From a virus (lineage: Duplodnaviria > Caudoviricetes), in IMG/VR virus record IMGVR_UViG_3300033067_002132, positions 96,001 to 160,000 of that record: 64,000 nucleotides of DNA, one strand, 5' to 3'. Each line of letters starts with the position of its first letter. The stretch's first letter is position 1. Shown piece by piece: positions 58,752 through 64,000 of the stretch. Both the position numbers and the translations under genes were made by a program. The notes below the pieces were generated by a model. It did no database searches. It saw only the letters and a program-made list of their open reading frames with translations, and was not told the origin of the DNA.

Positions 58752-59492
58752 TTATTTTTTTTCTTTCTTTTTTAATCTTAAAATTAAATCTAATAGAACA
58801 GAAGTAGGAATATCATTTACTGTTAAAAAGGCATCGGCCCCTTGAACTGCTTCTAAAACTAATTTATTTTTAATATCATCAAAAACTAATTTTCTATTTC
58901 TCATCAATTTTTCTAGAGAAATAATTGCTTGTGATCTTGTATCTGTTATTTTTTCCTCTACTGTAGTAGAATCAGTAGGGCTTTGATCTATTTCTCCTAA
59001 TTCTTTATCTGAAACAATATTAATTTTTAAGAAATTTCTAACCGCTCTCGCAAAAGCACGATTTTCTGCCATTTCAATAAGATATCTTCTGGCAAAATCT
59101 CTTACATTATTAAGACTAGCTCCTGCTAAAGATTCAAAAATAATTGTTTCTCCTAAAGTTTCATAATTAGGTATCCAAGTAATACGACATCTTGTAGAAG
59201 CATATTCTTCACTTGCATTAATAACTTCATAAGAAACGTTAGAAAACCCTCTTAATTGAGCTAAATATTTAATTCCACCTAGTAATATTATTAATTCGTC
59301 TTCGTTTAATTTTGTTATATCTGTTTCTTTTGTTTTAGATTTATTAGGAATTAAAAATTCCTTAGGAATCATTTTTCTCCAATCAATAGTACCATCTTCT
59401 TCTTTAAAGAAATAATCAATATGTGTATATAACCCCCATTGATTTCTTTGTAAAAGAGTCGGAGGTACGCATGTTATAATTTTATTTTCCAT
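58752..59492 (-). CDS. Putative single-strand annealing/recombination protein (Rad52/RecT-like)
   Basis: LGGIKYLAQLRG...EMAENRAFARAVRNFLKI...EL resembles an annealase core; lies in the replication-side operon. Confidence 0.4.
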   Translation of the reverse strand: MENKIITCVPPTLLQRNQWGLYTHIDYFFKEEDGTIDWRKMIPKEFLIPNKSKTKETDITKLNEDELIILLGGIKYLAQLRGFSNVSYEVINASEEYASTRCRITWIPNYETLGETIIFESLAGASLNNVRDFARRYLIEMAENRAFARAVRNFLKINIVSDKELGEIDQSPTDSTTVEEKITDTRSQAIISLEKLMRNRKLVFDDIKNKLVLEAVQGADAFLTVNDIPTSVLLDLILRLKKKEKK

Positions 59493-59493
59493 A

Positions 59494-60675
59494 TTATTTT
59501 TTAACTAAAATATTAAAATATTCTAGATCTTTCCAAAATAAATTATCTTTAATATAATCTTTCATTGGAATAGGATCATATGAAAATCCAGATACTATAT
59601 CTTTATTATTTTTATAGCTACAATGACTTGGGAACATTTTTCCTTGACTTAAAGTATATTTACTTGATTTAAAATATAATAAACTTGGATCTATATTATT
59701 AATAATTTCTGGTATTATTGTAGTCTTTTCAAAAATTAAACCATAATCCATATAATTAATTTTATATTTAGATAATATATCTTTATTTAAATATGATATT
59801 AAAACATATTTTATATTAGATTTTTGTAAATATTTAATAAATTTTGGATCATTATCTTCTTCAATAATATAAATTATTTCTTGTATATTTTGTTTAAAAG
59901 ATTCTATTATTCTTGAATTTATAGATTTATTTGTAATAATAATACATTTATTTAAATTTAATTGTTCTTGAAGATTTATTTCATTAAATTCTAAATCCAT
60001 TCTAACAATAATATTATCTATACCAAAATCTTTTACATTTATTACTTGATTTGGTATCGTTTCTAAAATTTGATTTTTATAAGAATCTCCAAGAAGAAGT
60101 GTTTTAAATTTATAAGAAAAATCAATATTTAATAAAGTACAAACAGAAGATGCGATTAATTCTGGACTTATAGTATTAATTGTTTTAGGATTTTCATTAT
60201 TAGAAAATGATGGTTTTATACCATATCCTCTTTTTGGTTCTAATAAAATTTGATTATCTTTATTACCCCAATAAGGACCACAACTTTCAATAAAATTTGT
60301 AGAATATAATGCAACAATTGGTTTATCAAAAAAACTTGCTACATGTACAGGAAAAGAATCAACTCCTAAATGAAGTAAACTATTTTTAATTATATATGCG
60401 ACATTATTTATATTTGTTTGACCCAAAGTAATATAACAACCATTTAATTTCTGATCATTAGCTGTTCCTATTTGAACTAAACTAATATTTAATTTAGATA
60501 AATATGGATGTAAAATATTTACCACCTCTTGAGCATGATCATAACTTTTAGCATCTTTACTATTAAAATGAACAGTTATATACTTATCAACGCTCATTGG
60601 AAAATATTTGGGTAAAATAAATGGTTTATTTATTTTTGATCCCATTGATAACGCATATGTTTCTAATAAGTGCAT
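59494..60675 (-). CDS. GT9 (heptosyltransferase-like) nucleotide-sugar-binding half plus an unknown domain
   Basis: YITVH...LVQIG...LHLGVDSFPVHVASFFDKPIVALY. Confidence 0.7.
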   Translation of the reverse strand: MHLLETYALSMGSKINKPFILPKYFPMSVDKYITVHFNSKDAKSYDHAQEVVNILHPYLSKLNISLVQIGTANDQKLNGCYITLGQTNINNVAYIIKNSLLHLGVDSFPVHVASFFDKPIVALYSTNFIESCGPYWGNKDNQILLEPKRGYGIKPSFSNNENPKTINTISPELIASSVCTLLNIDFSYKFKTLLLGDSYKNQILETIPNQVINVKDFGIDNIIVRMDLEFNEINLQEQLNLNKCIIITNKSINSRIIESFKQNIQEIIYIIEEDNDPKFIKYLQKSNIKYVLISYLNKDILSKYKINYMDYGLIFEKTTIIPEIINNIDPSLLYFKSSKYTLSQGKMFPSHCSYKNNKDIVSGFSYDPIPMKDYIKDNLFWKDLEYFNILVKK

Positions 60676-60677
60676 AA

Positions 60678-62606
60678 TTAATCTTGTAATTTAAGAGCTA
60701 AATTTGTCTTACCATTATTTAAATAATTTAAATTTCTTTGAGTATTAAAATAAGGATGAAAAGATAATTCAAAAAAACCTTTATGACTTCCAATACCTTC
60801 AAGCCATACTTGACTATCCATTTGTGGAATATATTGAATTAATTTATGTATATGTGGATTACCTATTAATACATCAAAAAATTCAGGTTTTGTCGCAACA
60901 TATAAATTTGCCCAAGGATATTGTTTTTTTAAACTTTCAAAAGTTGCAGTAATTATAAAAATATCCCCAATAGCTTCAGGCATTACTAAAATAATTCTTT
61001 TGCCTTCATCATCTTTATCTAAAGTATCACTAAATTGTATTTGAGTGTTTTTATTATTTTCTTGATTAGCTGTTTGTCTAAAAAAATCTTCTATTTGTTT
61101 TCTCGGCATTTGTTTAGAAATTTGAGCTATCCAATGTTGATATCCCGAATCTTTTTCATCAACATTCATATTTAAAATATTTTTATATAAAGATTTTATC
61201 CATTCTCCATTATCTTTTATTTCTTCTATTTTGGCGTTTGGATTTTTTATATCTAATTTTGGTATATAATCATATTGAACAGGAGATAAATTATCAAGAA
61301 AATCTTCTATTTGTTTACCAACAGATTCTATAGCGTAATTTTTAATCGTCCAATCTCTACCAGTTTTTCCTATTTTTTCTCTTTGTGGTAAATCCATTTC
61401 ATATATTTTTTGCAACTGTTTTGCAATAGAACTAGGATAAGTAGAAGCTTTTCTAAATTCAGTTCCTTGTTCTCTATATTCTGCCCATTCTAATGGGAAT
61501 GATCCTGATCCAGATTCACATAATTCTTCACCACAACTATAATTTGTAACCAATGTTATTAATTGTACTAATTTAGCTTCTTGTATAGGAATTTCTTGTC
61601 CACCTGAAGTAAAAGGATGAACATATACATCCATTAAATTATAAATTTCATTTAATTGATTTTCATCTACACCACAAGCGACATTAGTAGTTATACAAGA
61701 TTTTTCAGTTTTACAATCGGGACAATTTTGATCCTGACCTACAAAAGATTTAACATGATAATGTTTACATGCGCGACATACGTATGTAGTAAGAATTTCA
61801 TTTTTATCCAAATTATATTCATCGGCTAATTTATGAATATTCCATCCTTCACTAAAATTTGTATGTAATAATAAGTTTGATTTAATTTTAGGATTATGTT
61901 TTTTAAATATTTTATATCCTTCTAATAAATTAGGAACTGATTTCCTTAATTGATTTCTAAAAACAAAACCTATTACAAAAGAATTATCATCTATATTAAA
62001 TTTGCGTCTTAAATCTAATCTTTTATGATTATCTATTTTATAAAAATTTTTAGAATCTACTGCTCCATGTATTGTTTTAACATGTTTATTATTTAATCGA
62101 TGCATTTCTTTAGTAGCAAAATCACTCCAAATCCAATAATTATTAATTTTAGGTGCTTTTTCTACTGCGCTAGGAAGTAAAGGTAAAGAATCTAACGTCG
62201 TCCAAATAACAGAATGAATATTAGGAAACCAAAATCTATCAATAGCATAATCTACTCCCCAAATATCTTGTACTCCTATATAAACATCTGGTTTTTCTTG
62301 CATTATAATTTGATCTAAATAATATGCACCATAACTAATCCCTCTTGCTTGAAATTCTCTTTGTTCTGCGGGAAATTGATTTAAAATATTATTAAATTCA
62401 AATTGATTATCAGGCATTGTACCATAAGATTTCCAAGGTGTTCTTTTTAAATCAGGAGCATTTAATGGAAGACCACAACTATAAGATACAATTTCATACT
62501 TATTCGTATTAAATAAGTACGAAAGAATATTTTTAGTATTTTTACCGAATCCAGTATTTGCTAATGCAAAATCTGAATGAAATAATATTTTTAGTTTTTT
62601 AGACAT
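60678..62606 (-). CDS. GT4 glycosyltransferase with Zn-ribbon insertion and C-terminal GT9 N-half
   Basis: TGFGKN, FRNQLRK, CRAC...CPDC, GGQEIPIQEAK; C-terminal ILVMPEAIGDIF...NPHIHKLI. Likely start MSKKLK at 62606. Confidence 0.75.
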   Translation of the reverse strand: MSKKLKILFHSDFALANTGFGKNTKNILSYLFNTNKYEIVSYSCGLPLNAPDLKRTPWKSYGTMPDNQFEFNNILNQFPAEQREFQARGISYGAYYLDQIIMQEKPDVYIGVQDIWGVDYAIDRFWFPNIHSVIWTTLDSLPLLPSAVEKAPKINNYWIWSDFATKEMHRLNNKHVKTIHGAVDSKNFYKIDNHKRLDLRRKFNIDDNSFVIGFVFRNQLRKSVPNLLEGYKIFKKHNPKIKSNLLLHTNFSEGWNIHKLADEYNLDKNEILTTYVCRACKHYHVKSFVGQDQNCPDCKTEKSCITTNVACGVDENQLNEIYNLMDVYVHPFTSGGQEIPIQEAKLVQLITLVTNYSCGEELCESGSGSFPLEWAEYREQGTEFRKASTYPSSIAKQLQKIYEMDLPQREKIGKTGRDWTIKNYAIESVGKQIEDFLDNLSPVQYDYIPKLDIKNPNAKIEEIKDNGEWIKSLYKNILNMNVDEKDSGYQHWIAQISKQMPRKQIEDFFRQTANQENNKNTQIQFSDTLDKDDEGKRIILVMPEAIGDIFIITATFESLKKQYPWANLYVATKPEFFDVLIGNPHIHKLIQYIPQMDSQVWLEGIGSHKGFFELSFHPYFNTQRNLNYLNNGKTNLALKLQD

Positions 62607-62607
62607 A

Positions 62608-63108
62608 TCAAAATGGCGCCGATTCAATAGGATTTACATTTTCCGATTGTTCTTTATGTTTAGATTCGAATTCTTTTTTATCCGCCGCATAAATAGCATT
62701 AAACATTCTATCAAAACAAAATTCTAAATATAATTTTATTGTTAAATGTTCTCCTGAGGGTAATAATGCTTTATAGATATTATTATCCTTTTCTAAAATA
62801 AATCCTCTTTTTTCTCCTTGTGATTTATCAATTAGAAATCTTAATCTTGATTTATTATTATCAAAAATATGGGTTTTGTCTAAAATTCCTTGATCTATAT
62901 TCAAAATATTATATAATTCTGCCATTTCTGATCTATTTAAAAAGAAACCCGTTGATAAACCTCCTTTAAATATTCCCATTTGATCTTGATCATTCCAATC
63001 TGTTTGTTTAGTAAAACCAACAAATAATTTGGCGTCTTTACTATTAAATGTTAATCTTAATATTGATCCCTCTTTTTTAGCATTCGGACAAAAAAATGTT
63101 AATGGCAT
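62608..63108 (-). CDS. Hypothetical protein, possible ssDNA-binding protein
   Basis: Beta-rich core with an acidic tail ending in PF (ESAPF), like SSB C-termini; next to the polymerase gene. Confidence 0.35.
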   Translation of the reverse strand: MPLTFFCPNAKKEGSILRLTFNSKDAKLFVGFTKQTDWNDQDQMGIFKGGLSTGFFLNRSEMAELYNILNIDQGILDKTHIFDNNKSRLRFLIDKSQGEKRGFILEKDNNIYKALLPSGEHLTIKLYLEFCFDRMFNAIYAADKKEFESKHKEQSENVNPIESAPF

Positions 63109-63111
63109 ACT

Positions 63112-64000
63112 TTATTCCTCTTGTTCGTCTTTTAAATCACTTAATTTCATATAAATTTGCCAATCTTGAATAATGGCATTTTTTACAAAAATAGTATTCG
63201 TATCCTTCTTTTTACCACCTATGATTACTATATTACCTTCTTTTGGTTCGTTTCCTCTATTTTTTTCTATACATTCTTGAATATTATCATTAAAAATATA
63301 GTTATGAAGAGTATTACCTACTTCATCAGAAATAACCATTTTAATATAATCATTATTATTTTTAGATTTTTGTTTAACAACCTTTTCAATAATACCAACA
63401 AAAGTTACCGTCGATCTTTCTGGTTTATCTACCACTTCTGCTAAAGTATTTAATCCATAAATACCATTATCTCCAGGATTTTTTGCACAAAAGATTTCAT
63501 GAAGAGTATATTTATATGAATATCCTAAAAGAGTTCTTTCATAAAACCAATTCGCAAAGATTTCGTTTGTACTATTTTTATCATAGATCTCTTTATACGG
63601 AGTATATTTAGAACGCAATGTTTCTAATCTAGTTTCTTTAATTATAGGTTTTCCTTTTTCATCCATCGTTTTAGATAAATGTTTAATAATATTAAATAAA
63701 TCATATTCAAATTGTTCACCAATTTTTAAAGCATATTCTTTTTCTTTTTTAGTTAAACATCTCCAAATTTGTACTTCTAATACTAATTTACTTCTAGAAT
63801 TTTTATAACCTTCTAGTGCTCCTGATTGAATTAAGGCGGATAATGTACCAACAGATAATCCGGCTTGTTCCGCCGCAACAAAGACTTGAAATTTATTAGC
63901 AAATTCATTACTAAAATTTCTAACTTTAATAATCGTTTTATCAGAAACCCCTTTAATAGAAGATAAACCAAACCTGATATTGTTTCCCTCAATCTTAAAA
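63112..64000 (-). CDS. dnaE: DNA polymerase III alpha subunit (DnaE-like), C-terminal part, truncated by the window edge
   Basis: The frame is open from 63999: FKIEGNNIRFGLSSIKGVS (HhH), ALIQSGAL, ERTLLGYS and an OB fold (FVGII...SKNNNDYIKMVISDE). It is in frame with the 184-aa ORF-track call. Confidence 0.88.
   Translation of the reverse strand, partial: FKIEGNNIRFGLSSIKGVSDKTIIKVRNFSNEFANKFQVFVAAEQAGLSVGTLSALIQSGALEGYKNSRSKLVLEVQIWRCLTKKEKEYALKIGEQFEYDLFNIIKHLSKTMDEKGKPIIKETRLETLRSKYTPYKEIYDKNSTNEIFANWFYERTLLGYSYKYTLHEIFCAKNPGDNGIYGLNTLAEVVDKPERSTVTFVGIIEKVVKQKSKNNNDYIKMVISDEVGNTLHNYIFNDNIQECIEKNRGNEPKEGNIVIIGGKKKDTNTIFVKNAIIQDWQIYMKLSDLKDEQEE

Noticed and set aside
22603-62627. ORF-track starts at 23103, 23912, 53285, 54822 and 62627
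   Set aside because: These extend into neighbouring genes or lack ribosome-binding context. Downstream ATGs (23046, 23897, 53213, 54918, 62606) fit gene packing and the upstream motifs better.
1847-63444. Short antisense ORFs in the track (e.g. 1847-2041, 11432-11707, 14198-14431, 18647-19100, 26425-26622, 32612-33346, 47774-48738, 63157-63444)
   Set aside because: They lie wholly opposite well-supported genes and have the F/L/I/S-rich composition typical of antisense frames in AT-rich DNA.
1-64000. Genome-wide stop-codon reassignment (TGA or TAG recoded)
   Set aside because: Genes are long and intact in code 11. TGA ends genes in ATGA overlaps (36048, 36314) and at 62608, and TAG ends the gene at 28445. 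Only the TGAs at 56501 and 24282 look readthrough-like.
1-64000. tRNA, rRNA, diversity-generating retroelement, integrase, terminase or lysis genes
   Set aside because: None was recognisable by eye. Intergenic gaps are mostly too short for RNA genes, and no reverse transcriptase or near-identical template/variable repeat pair was seen.

Overview
This AT-rich 64 kb window is the virion morphogenesis region of a large tailed dsDNA phage, most likely a siphovirus, read in the standard genetic code. It contains a portal with a fused N-terminal HTH, a prohead protease/scaffold, decoration and major capsid proteins, neck genes, a tail tube with several paralogues, chaperones, a 3457-aa tape measure protein (TMP), a lambda-like tail tip (M-L-K-I-J) and long fibres. 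It also holds two glycosyltransferase clusters and the 3' part of a DnaE-type polymerase. Three things stand out. (1) The TMP carries a ~1150-aa internal cassette cut into modules by a recurring G-F-(I/V)-P-N-F hexapeptide; the modules include an HExxH metallopeptidase and a GNAT-like acetyltransferase, suggesting a motif-delimited effector polyprotein delivered by the tape measure. (2) An Aah/TibC-type protein O-heptosyltransferase and other glycosyltransferases lie next to a giant Gly-Ser-Ser/Gly-Thr-Ser fibre, and S/T-G dipeptides are enriched in exposed virion proteins, suggesting a virion glycosylation system. (3) A GTGTAA motif lies shortly upstream of 13 structural genes and is a candidate late promoter. 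All family assignments come from motifs recognised by eye, with no database searches.
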